NCBI GenBank assembly: GCA_965262115.1
Contig: OZ253496.1
Location: 2,336,001-2,400,000 of the forward strand
DNA: 64,000 nucleotides
Reading direction: 5' to 3'
Source of the DNA: Nitrospinales bacterium
GTDB lineage: Bacteria; Nitrospinota; Nitrospinia; Nitrospinales; VA-1
Below are positions 50,116 through 58,736 of the stretch, one piece after another (position 1 is the first letter of the stretch; each line of letters starts with the position of its first letter). The notes under the pieces are model-generated. The model was not told the DNA's origin and ran no database searches. It worked only from the letters and a program-made list of their open reading frames with translations. Made by a program: the position numbers and the translations under genes.

Positions 50116-51939
50116 ATGAAAAAGGTCATGTTGATATTTCCGCCGGAATGGGTGCCTACCGCCCCTTATTTGGCCCTGCCGAGCCTCGCCGCGGTTCTGC
50201 GTAAAAACGGCATAGAGACCGTGCTCAAGGACATCAATGTGGAGATGTTTGACCACTTCTTCACGTCCGGATTCCTGTTGTTTGTCAAAAGCAAAATACA
50301 AGCCCGGTTGAAAACGCTGATACAAAAAGAGTACGGAGAAGCGTTGAGTCCGGAAGACGCCGAGCTGAAACAAATGCTCAGCGACTACCAGCATATCGAC
50401 CTCGACCACCATATCAACAAAGTGGCTCGCGCCAAGAGGATCATGCGTGGGCCGGAATTTTATGAGATCGAGAAAGCCGAATGGGCGCTCAACGCTTTCA
50501 GGGAAGTGATGGAATATATTTCTGTCTGCTACTTTCCTGCCAGCATCAATTTTTATCCGGTCGAGAGCAACCTCAACGTGTACCGGCCCTGGGTTTCTGA
50601 AGACCTTTTGAAAGTGCCGCACGACAAGACTGTCAATGTTTATGCCGACATCTGCCGACAGTTGGTGTTGCGGTCGATTAAAAAAGAACAACCCGATGTC
50701 GTTGGCATTTCCATCGGCACCCCGGTGCAACTGATGGCAGGCATAACCTTTGCCACTTTGATCAAGGAGGCTTATCCCGACATCCATGTGACCGTGGGGG
50801 GCAACATCATCACCCGGCTCAAGGGTGAATTTGCGAAAAAGCCGCATTTCTTCGGCAAGGTATTCGACTCGATGATCACCTATGAGGGCGAGCACGCTTT
50901 GGTCTGGCTGGTGGAAGCGCTATCAGGCAAACGAAAAATGTCCGAAGTTTCCAACCTCATCTACAAAGATGAGGAAGGCAATATGCATGTTAACGACACC
51001 TATCAAGAACAGGTCACCGAACTGCCACCGCCAGATTTTGACGGCATGCCCTGGGAAAAATATTTTTCGCCGGAAAAACTCGTGCCCTATTTGGGCACGC
51101 GTGGCTGTTATTGGGGGAAGTGTACGTTCTGCGATCACGGTGCCGGTTATATCGACCAGTTCCGCGCCAAGCACGCCGACCAGATCGTCGATGAACTGGA
51201 ATACCTGAAAAATAAACTCAACACCAAACATTTCATGTTCACCGATGAGTCGTTTCCGCCAGCCCTGTTCATCAAACTGCCGCCGATGATGGTCGAACGT
51301 GAGCTCTATATTTACTGGACCACGCTGATCCGGTTTGAATCGCAACTGCTGGAGCCGAAGTTGTGGGACATGGCGCACAAGTCAGGTTGCCGGTCATTGT
51401 ATTACGGGCTGGAGTCGGCCAACGAACGCATCATCAAATTGGTTAAGAAAGATACCGATATAGAAGCGGCAAAAATCAACCTGACACAGGCCAAGCGGGT
51501 GGGTATCTGGAGCCACGTGATGTGTTTTTACGGATTCCCCTCAGAAACCGAAGCGGAGGCTGAAGACACGCGGCAGTTCCTGCTGCAGAATCAGGATATG
51601 ATTCCATCGGTCGAGATGTATTTTTTCGTGCTCTATAAAAACGCGCCGGTGATGTTCCAGAAGGATGAGTACAAGATTACAGTGAAGGATAACCCCGAGC
51701 ACGACCTGGCTTTGGATTATTATTACACTCCGGAGTCGGGCCAGACCACCGAAGAGGCGATGACGCGTTACGAAAACTTTTATCGTGACGATTTTGATCC
51801 ATGGGCAATGCGCATCAATGCCCGTGAACATGTGTTCCTCTACATCACGCATTTCGGCACCAGCGATTTGCCCCACCTTTACGTGAAAAACGATCCCGAA
51901 TCCCACGAACGCAGCATGGCTCCTGAACTGATGCTGTAG
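50116..51939 (+). CDS. Cobalamin-binding radical SAM protein
   Basis: N-terminal FPP..PYLA, B12 domain PDVVGISI..VGGN, RGCYWGKCTFC, GLESAN. Confidence 0.93.
   Translation: MKKVMLIFPPEWVPTAPYLALPSLAAVLRKNGIETVLKDINVEMFDHFFTSGFLLFVKSKIQARLKTLIQKEYGEALSPEDAELKQMLSDYQHIDLDHHINKVARAKRIMRGPEFYEIEKAEWALNAFREVMEYISVCYFPASINFYPVESNLNVYRPWVSEDLLKVPHDKTVNVYADICRQLVLRSIKKEQPDVVGISIGTPVQLMAGITFATLIKEAYPDIHVTVGGNIITRLKGEFAKKPHFFGKVFDSMITYEGEHALVWLVEALSGKRKMSEVSNLIYKDEEGNMHVNDTYQEQVTELPPPDFDGMPWEKYFSPEKLVPYLGTRGCYWGKCTFCDHGAGYIDQFRAKHADQIVDELEYLKNKLNTKHFMFTDESFPPALFIKLPPMMVERELYIYWTTLIRFESQLLEPKLWDMAHKSGCRSLYYGLESANERIIKLVKKDTDIEAAKINLTQAKRVGIWSHVMCFYGFPSETEAEAEDTRQFLLQNQDMIPSVEMYFFVLYKNAPVMFQKDEYKITVKDNPEHDLALDYYYTPESGQTTEEAMTRYENFYRDDFDPWAMRINAREHVFLYITHFGTSDLPHLYVKNDPESHERSMAPELML
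51835..51939 (+). repeat. About 100-bp direct repeat, copy 1 (3' end of radical SAM gene)
   Basis: Matches 52600-52702. Confidence 0.9.
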
Positions 51940-52028
51940 GTCGGGTCCGCCCGACAGTGAATAGGCCTTTACTCCCCAAGTCCAGTCTTGCAGCCACCCG
52001 AATTAGATTGATTTAATGATATGTTATG

Positions 52029-52045
52029 ATAATATAGTATATTAT
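52029..52045. promoter_or_regulatory. Palindromic operator of the TA operon
   Basis: ATAATATA-G-TATATTAT perfect inverted repeat overlapping TATAAT-like boxes upstream of the antitoxin. Confidence 0.6.
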
Positions 52046-52072
52046 AATGAATAAATTGGTCGGGGGTATTTC

Positions 52073-52321
52073 ATGGCGAAGGCATCAGCAAGAATTTCAT
52101 TTGTAACTGCGAAAGGGAAGCGCAAAAAGCTAGACCAGATAGCGGGAGCTTTTGGGACCAACCTTAGTTCTGTTATCAATGATGCGCTGGACCAATATAT
52201 AGATTTGCACCAATGGCAGTTGGCTCATATTGAAAAGGGAGTTAAGGCAGCTAAAAAAGGCGACTTTGCGTCCGATAAAGAAGCGGACACGTTTTTCAAC
52301 AAATATGGGCGAACTTCATGA
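52073..52321 (+). CDS. CopG/RHH-type antitoxin
   Basis: LDQIA..S.VINDALDQY..WQLAHIEKGVKAA..GDFAS. Confidence 0.85.
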   Translation: MAKASARISFVTAKGKRKKLDQIAGAFGTNLSSVINDALDQYIDLHQWQLAHIEKGVKAAKKGDFASDKEADTFFNKYGRTS

Positions 52322-52599
52322 GGGTTAGTTGGACCCGGCAGGCGTTGGATGACCTGCGCCATCTGCATGAGTACATCTCCGAAGAGAGTCCTCAGGCCGC
52401 AGGCGAGATGGTTTCACGCATCCATCAAGCGGCTACTGTCAATCTGAAAGAGCACCCCAGAATGGGTAAAAAAGGACGCGTTCCCGGCACCCGCGAACTT
52501 GTGCTTGCCGGTACGCCTTATCTGCTGGTATATGTTTTGGCAGAGCCTGAAATCCACATTGTCACTGTCCTCCATGCTTCCCGCCGCTGGCCTGATTAA
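52318..52599 (+). CDS. RelE/ParE-family toxin
   Basis: WTRQALDDL..YI..P.AA, GRVPGTRELV..TPY, VLHASRRWP; ATGA overlap with the antitoxin. Confidence 0.92.
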   Translation: MRVSWTRQALDDLRHLHEYISEESPQAAGEMVSRIHQAATVNLKEHPRMGKKGRVPGTRELVLAGTPYLLVYVLAEPEIHIVTVLHASRRWPD

Positions 52600-52702
52600 T
52601 TCCTGCTTACACATTTCGGCACCATCGATCTGCCGCACCTCTTATGTAAAAAACGATCCTGAATCCCACGAACGCAGCATGGCCCCCGAACTGATGCTCT
52701 AG
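52600..52702 (+). pseudogene. Degenerate duplicate of the radical SAM 3' end (direct repeat copy 2)
   Basis: Encodes YVKNDPESHERSMAPELML*, with indels in its 5' part. Confidence 0.9.
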
Positions 52703-52734
52703 CGGCTAGGCGCCGCAGCCAGTGAGCCCCTGAA

Positions 52735-53194
52735 GTCATGTCATGCTGAGGCCCTCGAAGCATCCTCCTTTGTCATCCTGAGCCTTCCGTGATATCCCCC
52801 AACCTATAACATCATGAGCGTGTGATATTTCTTCCATCGGTTCGTGCCCCGAAGGGGTACTCACGCAGGTGTCCTAACCGCTAGACGAAGGGGCCGGAAT
52901 AACCAACAGGAGTGGATCGCCGCGCCGTTTTTACCGGCTCGCTATGACGAACACCTCGACCCTTCGACGTGCTCAGGGTGACAAGCTAACCCACTCAATC
53001 CCATCGAACAAGACGTATTCCTATTGTTCGAGTTATCAAGGGGAGGTTTAAAAGTCCACACCCCTCCCAGCCTCCCCTCATGATAGGGGAGGAGTTTTTT
53101 TTATCTGTGTGAATCTGTGGTTAAAAAAGGTTTTCACTGGCCCCACGCTTTGGCAGTCGCGTTAGCGTTTCTGCCCACGTTGGCCCTACGCCTA
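52735..53194. repeat. Intergenic mosaic of several palindromic repeat families
   Basis: GTCATGCTGAG/GTCATCCTGAG…CTCAGGGTGAC, GTGCCCCGAAGGGGTAC, TGGATCGCCGCGCCG…CTCGCTATGACG, CCCCTCCCAGCCTCCCC…GGGGAGG, CACTGGCCCCACGC. Confidence 0.75.
52866..52895 (-). pseudogene. 5' half of a tRNA (Glu-like), truncated at the anticodon loop
   Basis: GGCCCCT TC GTCTAGCGGTTAGGAC A CCTGC = acceptor 5' strand, D-arm and anticodon 5' stem; no T-arm follows. Confidence 0.65.
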
Positions 53195-53198
53195 GTAG

Positions 53199-55175
53199 CT
53201 AGTTGTCGCGGCGGAAGCCGCGCATTTGTGGCAGGGTGCCATCGAAGTCGCTTGTTGCTTGATCTGAGGCGGGTTGGATTTCTTTCTTCTCTTCCGGAGC
53301 TTTTTTCTCCAACAGAAAAACGCAGAGGTCGGGGTGGACCTGATTTTCAGGGCACATTTTCAGGTGCTGCCGGAAAAACGGCATGTTGTGGATCGGGTCG
53401 TTATAAAGCGTATCCAACCAGTAATGCTCGAACAGTCCGCCTAACGGGCGCGGTCCGACCAGGTAGAGGAACCCGCCGGGCAGGAGCGCTCCGGTCAAGG
53501 CTTTCAACATGTTTTCGCAGGCTTCGCGGTCGGGATGATACATGAACGGAATCCATTTAAAGATCAGCCCGTATTGGGTGCTGTAGGCGTGGGCGATATG
53601 CTCTGCTTCCGGCAGGAACGAAACTTTTTCTAGATTGTCCAGCTGGTCGCGTGACGCAGCGTAGTTCCACAACAATTGCGCGTTTTTCTGTGCAAATTCC
53701 GCATCGCTGAACAGCACGGTGTATTCGCGCTCTTTGGTGCAGTCGATGCAACCAGCCAGCACGGTGTCGAAAGTGTGGATGAGCACCTTGTCAATTTTTT
53801 CCAGCCGATGCGGCATAGCCGGTGTCATTTCCATATAGTAAAAAATCTGATCGAGCACCATGGGTTGCAGCGCGGATTCTTCAATGTCGGCGGCGCCTTC
53901 TGGATAAAATGGAACCGTGTATTGCACCTTGACCGGATCGACCACCGGCGGTTCGCCGTTGAAGAACCATTTCCAGGTGAAGGGATACTTGGCTGGCGAT
54001 TTGGTCGAATAGGTCTGTGGGCGCAGGTTCCATTTTGGCTCAAAAGCAATCTCTCTTCCGCGTTCGCCTTCGAGCAGGGTGAACGATTGCGTGCCGACTC
54101 TGACTTCCCGCTCGATGGGGGGTTTTTTCACGCCTCCACAATTGGTGAAAGGGAAAGTGATGGGATCGTCGTAAGCCGTAACTTTGTAAAGGTAGCCGTC
54201 CTGCGCGGTGATGACCACCTTCTGGATGTCGCTGAAATAGCGTACTGGCGCGTGTTTTTGCGCTGTCCAGGTGATCTCGTGCGAAGTCATAGGTTCCATA
54301 AATATTTTTTTGATGTCTTTGCCTTCCGGTCCCTGCGGTTCAAAAAACGCCGAGAAAATGTTGAACGCCTCTTTCGAGGGGTAAGTGTGAAGGCCGCGAT
54401 ACTTCAAGGGCGGGAGTTGTTTTTCCCGCGACTGGTCGTTATAGATGCCCCAGATGAACTCGAACACAGCCCCGCCGGTTCCCGCCAAAGTGGACTGGAA
54501 CAGCTCAACGACAGGAATCAGGTCGATTTGGGCCCAGTTGACCTGAAACATGAAACTGATGAACAGGGATTTGTCGAACGTGCCATCGTGCAGGGCGTAG
54601 AGTCCGTCTTTAGTGAGCTGGATATTGTATTTTCCGTCTCCCTGATGAACCATGTGTTCATCATCATAAAAATATTTCACTTCGGAGAATGGCACCCGCC
54701 AGGCTTCGGCGGCTTTTTCGCGCAGGTTATCGAGCGACATTTTTTCCCAACCTTCGTGAGTGCTGATATCGATTTGTGTCTGGAAGGTTTTGGCGCGGGG
54801 TTTGATGCCGACCCATTGCCGGTTGTCGAGTTGCATCCTGGCCAGTGCCAGTTGCTGGGCTCCTGTTTTATCGTCCTGGGTCCACAGGGCTTCGTGCAGA
54901 GGATTTCCTTCCGGATCGGTGCAGAGAAAACGCCTGCCTTCTTCGTTGTAGAAGACGATATGCCCGGTCGGGGTGACGATGATACGGGTATTGGCGATGT
55001 TGGCAGACCCGTTTTCGAACAGCAGGGTGCTTCCATCCTGTTCCTGGGATTCCAGATTGGGGACTTTCTTTTCCAAATCTGTGGCAAATTCAAGATTACC
55101 GGCGAAGATCAATGAACCTTCCCGGGTCAATGCATGGATCAGGTTGTCTGTTTTTATCACGTGAGTTCCTCCCAC
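53199..55175 (-). CDS. Large hypothetical protein
   Basis: 658-aa ORF; C-terminus loosely resembles a methyltransferase fold (ALLPGGFLYLVGP); start uncertain. Confidence 0.8.
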   Translation of the reverse strand: MGGTHVIKTDNLIHALTREGSLIFAGNLEFATDLEKKVPNLESQEQDGSTLLFENGSANIANTRIIVTPTGHIVFYNEEGRRFLCTDPEGNPLHEALWTQDDKTGAQQLALARMQLDNRQWVGIKPRAKTFQTQIDISTHEGWEKMSLDNLREKAAEAWRVPFSEVKYFYDDEHMVHQGDGKYNIQLTKDGLYALHDGTFDKSLFISFMFQVNWAQIDLIPVVELFQSTLAGTGGAVFEFIWGIYNDQSREKQLPPLKYRGLHTYPSKEAFNIFSAFFEPQGPEGKDIKKIFMEPMTSHEITWTAQKHAPVRYFSDIQKVVITAQDGYLYKVTAYDDPITFPFTNCGGVKKPPIEREVRVGTQSFTLLEGERGREIAFEPKWNLRPQTYSTKSPAKYPFTWKWFFNGEPPVVDPVKVQYTVPFYPEGAADIEESALQPMVLDQIFYYMEMTPAMPHRLEKIDKVLIHTFDTVLAGCIDCTKEREYTVLFSDAEFAQKNAQLLWNYAASRDQLDNLEKVSFLPEAEHIAHAYSTQYGLIFKWIPFMYHPDREACENMLKALTGALLPGGFLYLVGPRPLGGLFEHYWLDTLYNDPIHNMPFFRQHLKMCPENQVHPDLCVFLLEKKAPEEKKEIQPASDQATSDFDGTLPQMRGFRRDN

Positions 55176-55225
55176 TCCGCGTGGGGCGAATTAGCAATCC
55201 ACTCCGCGTGGAGCGAATTAGCAAT
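55172..55225 (+). repeat. 27-bp tandem duplication
   Basis: CCACTCCGCGTGGGGCGAATTAGCAAT / CCACTCCGCGTGGAGCGAATTAGCAAT. Confidence 0.85.
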
Positions 55226-55257
55226 AGCATTCTCTGGCTAGCAACAAGTTGTCGCGG

Positions 55258-55651
55258 TTGTTATATTCTTCCTAAACTTTCATGCCCCGTAGGGGTATTT
55301 ATGAGTTCTCACCCAATTCTCTCCGGGCATGGCCAGCGCCAAAAGAGGGCAGTTTATAATAATGCTGGCACTCCCGCAAGGTAAAGTTGCTACGGGGCCT
55401 CAATTATCCGGAAATCCAGCGCCCACTCGGCGTACCCCTTAAGGGCGAGACCTTTGCATAAGTCAAAAAATCGAAGAATCGAGATGCTTCGAGATACCCC
55501 TACGGGGCAAGAAGGCAAAGGTCGAATATTCACTAGCTCAGCATGACAATACTGGGCCATTTTGTCATTCTGAGGAGCTATTGCAACGAAGAATCTTGGG
55601 TTATGCAAAGCTCTCCTTCAGGGCATGAAGGTTGATGAGGGGTCATAACAT
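55258..55651. repeat. Cluster of REP-like repeat copies
   Basis: TTCATGCCCCGTAGGGGTA (about 55279), GTACCCCTTAAGGGC (about 55432), ATACCCCTACGGGGC (about 55494), CCTTCAGGGCATGAAGGTTGATGAGGGGTCATAACA (about 55615). Confidence 0.75.
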
Positions 55652-55741
55652 TGCTACCCGCGGACAATGTTAATAAGGCCGAGAACCTATTGAGGGCAAG
55701 ATAAAGATATTGCCAGTTGCCAGTGGAGGTTTTCCACTTTG

Positions 55742-55770
55742 TTGACAGGAAGCCGGATGCCCTCTATAAT
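55742..55770 (+). promoter_or_regulatory. Consensus sigma70 promoter
   Basis: TTGACA-N17-TATAAT upstream of the TPR gene. Confidence 0.75.
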
Positions 55771-55905
55771 TCATAACCTAAATCCGTGAAATATAAGCTG
55801 TTTCCAACCGTTGCCGATTTGGCCTGATCGGGATGATTGAGGCCTTTATACTGGGGAAACGTTTTCGTATTTTTATTACAAACGCATTTTTGTGAAGGTG
55901 GGGAT

Positions 55906-58506
55906 ATGGAAGAGGGTAGAAAGTTTGAGAAGCTGGGTTATGAGAATTTGCAGAAAAACAACATTGAGGAGGCGGAATCCAACTTCCTTGAAGCGTTGAA
56001 GCATATGGAAAAAGAAGGGGACGACACAGGCCAGGCTTATGTGCTGGGGAATCTGGGCAATATTTGTTTTCAAAGCAAAAAGTTTGATAAGGCAGAGGAT
56101 TTTTATTCCCGCTCCTTGACCTATATGGAAAAACTCAAGGATGCCAAAGGGATCGAAAGCTCCCTCGGCAACCTCGGTAGCGTTTATTTTTATCAGGGAA
56201 GTCTGGAAAAGGCTGAAGAAAGTTACCTGAGAGCCTTGCAGATCATGGTTGAGGCCAATGATCCACTTGGGCAGGGCATCTACAACGAATATCTGGGCAA
56301 CACCAGCCTGAAAAAAGAAGACGTGGAACAGGCCATTGGTTATTACCAGAAAGCCAAAGAGTTCATGGAGTTGGCAAAGCAGGATGAACGAAAAATCCAG
56401 CAACTGGAAGGCAGAATCGACTCTCTCCACAAACACCCCATATATTTAGAGAAGAACGAATCCGCTCTGCTGGCCGACGTGGAGTCGCTCGCATCAACCG
56501 GACAAAAGACTCAGGTCATCGCCAAACTGCAGGATCTGGAAGAACTCTATTTCCAATGGAAACGGATGGACAAAGTGGCAGAGACCATACAAAAAACCAT
56601 CACTGTGCTGGAAGACAAGGGGGACAAGACCTCGGCGGGAATCTGTTATGCAAACCTGGCCGGGATATACCTGCAAATGGCCAGTGAAGGGCAAACGGGA
56701 AAAGTCGATGAGGCCGAAGCCAATTTTAAAAAATCTCTGGAGGTGATCGGGGATTCTGACAAGCGCAGAAACTCGTATCTGTTGGGGAGCCTGGGAAATA
56801 TTTATCTCAACAAAAACCAGCTCAATCTGGCTTGGGAAAATTATGAGAAATCCCTCAAGGCCATGCAGGAGCTGGGTGACGGATTAGGGGAAGCTAGAGG
56901 CTATGCCAACCTGGGTAATGTCAAAAGTTTGCAGAAAAACTGGGACGGCGCTCAGGAGCAGTATTTCAAAGCCCTGGAACTGATGGAGAAACAGGAGAAC
57001 CGACCTGGAATAGCCCAGCAATGTGAATCGCTGGGAGATATTTTTATGAAGAAAGAAGAGTTTGACAAGGCGGAAGATCACCTGATGCGGGCCAGCGATT
57101 TGTATGAAGCTATGAAAGAGCAGGGATCGGTTCAGGAGGTGCAGAACAAATTGATGCTCATCTTCTCCCAACCTAAATATCTGAACAATAGAAAACAGCA
57201 GATCCGCGAAGCTCTGAAGAAGCCGGAAGTCGAGAAGGACAGCAAGCTCAAGCTGGCCTTGTTGACCGACTTGGGCAATGTTTTGTTCATGGCTAATGAC
57301 TGGGATGAAGCGGGTGATGTGGGCAAGGAAACCATTTCTATTCATGAAAAGTCCGGGGACAAAGGTGCATTGAGCGCGGCCCTGGGGAACCTGGGCAGCA
57401 CCATGATGGAAAAGCGGGATTATGCCGGAGCAGAAGAAAACTATGCTCGCGCCATCGTGCTCAAGGAGGAATTGAAAGACCAAAAAGGTCTTCAGGATTT
57501 ACATGACAGTTACCTGAACGTCCTGATCATGGCGGGAAAAATGGCTGATGCCGAAAAGCTGGTCAAAAAATCCCTGAAGGTTCACCAGGACAACAAAAAC
57601 ATGCCTGGAGTTATGTTTGAATATCGCAACTTGGGAAATATCAGTTTGCAGAAAACCGACTGGTTCAATGCCGAGAAAAATTATTTGAAGGCCTTGGAAA
57701 TCAATACCCAGTCCGGTAACAAGGCGGAGATGGCAGAAGATAACAGAAATATTTATAACCTTTATCTGCAAAAAGACGACTGGACCCAAGCGGAAAAATT
57801 TGCCCTGAAAGCCTTGGCGATTTCGGAGGAAATCAAGGACCATCGCAATGTTTGTTTCGATTGCCGCATTCTCTCAAATATCTATGTCGAAAAAAAGGAG
57901 CGTTCCAAGCAGGAGGTCTATTATAAAAAGGCTCTGGAAAATTCGCAGATTCTTAATGATCCGAAGGAGATTCTCATCGACCTCAGGCATTTGGGCAAGT
58001 TCAATATGGAACGAGGTTACAGGGAAAAGGCCGGGGAAAACTTCAAAAAAGCTTTTGACCTCTCCAGCCAGTTGAATGACAAAAAAGAAATTGCCGAAGA
58101 TTATCGTAATATTGGCAATCTCACCTTCAGCAATGGCGAACGCAAAGAAGCCGAAAAGTCCTATCTGAAGGCTTTGGAACTTACCCGCGAGATTGGGGAT
58201 TTTAAAGGGGCCGGTCAGGACTTTACCTACCTGGGTAACTTGAAGTTTAAAGATTGTTTGTTTGAGGAAGCGGAAAGCTATTTCGCCCAGGCCGACAGTT
58301 GTTTTGAGAAGACCAGCAATTGGACCAGCCTGACTCAGTTTTACCTGACGGTGGCCCGAATGGAGATTCTGGTTTCCCGCTACGATCAGGCGGACGAATA
58401 CATCAGTAAAGCCAGAAAGATTGCCAAAGACCTGGGTGATCCCGAGCAGATCATGAAAGCGATTCAGGAGATCGAAAAACTAAAAGACTCGGTCGATAAG
58501 AAATAG
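55906..58506 (+). CDS. Large tetratricopeptide-repeat protein
   Basis: Many GNLG..Y…A…Y.KAL repeats; ORF open from 55837. Confidence 0.92.
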   Translation: MEEGRKFEKLGYENLQKNNIEEAESNFLEALKHMEKEGDDTGQAYVLGNLGNICFQSKKFDKAEDFYSRSLTYMEKLKDAKGIESSLGNLGSVYFYQGSLEKAEESYLRALQIMVEANDPLGQGIYNEYLGNTSLKKEDVEQAIGYYQKAKEFMELAKQDERKIQQLEGRIDSLHKHPIYLEKNESALLADVESLASTGQKTQVIAKLQDLEELYFQWKRMDKVAETIQKTITVLEDKGDKTSAGICYANLAGIYLQMASEGQTGKVDEAEANFKKSLEVIGDSDKRRNSYLLGSLGNIYLNKNQLNLAWENYEKSLKAMQELGDGLGEARGYANLGNVKSLQKNWDGAQEQYFKALELMEKQENRPGIAQQCESLGDIFMKKEEFDKAEDHLMRASDLYEAMKEQGSVQEVQNKLMLIFSQPKYLNNRKQQIREALKKPEVEKDSKLKLALLTDLGNVLFMANDWDEAGDVGKETISIHEKSGDKGALSAALGNLGSTMMEKRDYAGAEENYARAIVLKEELKDQKGLQDLHDSYLNVLIMAGKMADAEKLVKKSLKVHQDNKNMPGVMFEYRNLGNISLQKTDWFNAEKNYLKALEINTQSGNKAEMAEDNRNIYNLYLQKDDWTQAEKFALKALAISEEIKDHRNVCFDCRILSNIYVEKKERSKQEVYYKKALENSQILNDPKEILIDLRHLGKFNMERGYREKAGENFKKAFDLSSQLNDKKEIAEDYRNIGNLTFSNGERKEAEKSYLKALELTREIGDFKGAGQDFTYLGNLKFKDCLFEEAESYFAQADSCFEKTSNWTSLTQFYLTVARMEILVSRYDQADEYISKARKIAKDLGDPEQIMKAIQEIEKLKDSVDKK

Positions 58507-58736
58507 TTCCAGTCGTAAAACGAGTGAGTTTTGTAGGAGAATTCCTACACGGGGTTCTAGAATGTAAAATGCAAGCTTTTTCGGCTTTAAAGATATAAAA
58601 AATAAAGGCCATTTGTCTTGACACAGGCCTTTAAAAGGAGATAAATTACCATATCGCAGGCTTTAAATTCAAGGGGCTGACTTTGTCTTGGCGAGCCCTG
58701 TTTCTCATATTTTTAACCCTATATTTGTGTGAATGA

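Noticed and set aside
49418..51939. Radical SAM enzyme as a RiPP maturase
   Set aside because: No convincing precursor peptide, peptidase or transporter adjacent
52840..52895. Complete tRNA gene
   Set aside because: No anticodon loop, T-arm or 3' acceptor strand; reported as a fragment only
53676..55115. 479-aa plus-strand ORF
   Set aside because: Antisense shadow of the 658-aa gene; composition is typical of a reverse-frame artefact
55172..55225. 27-bp repeat as a possible CRISPR array
   Set aside because: Only two adjacent copies, no spacer and no cas genes; it is a simple tandem duplication
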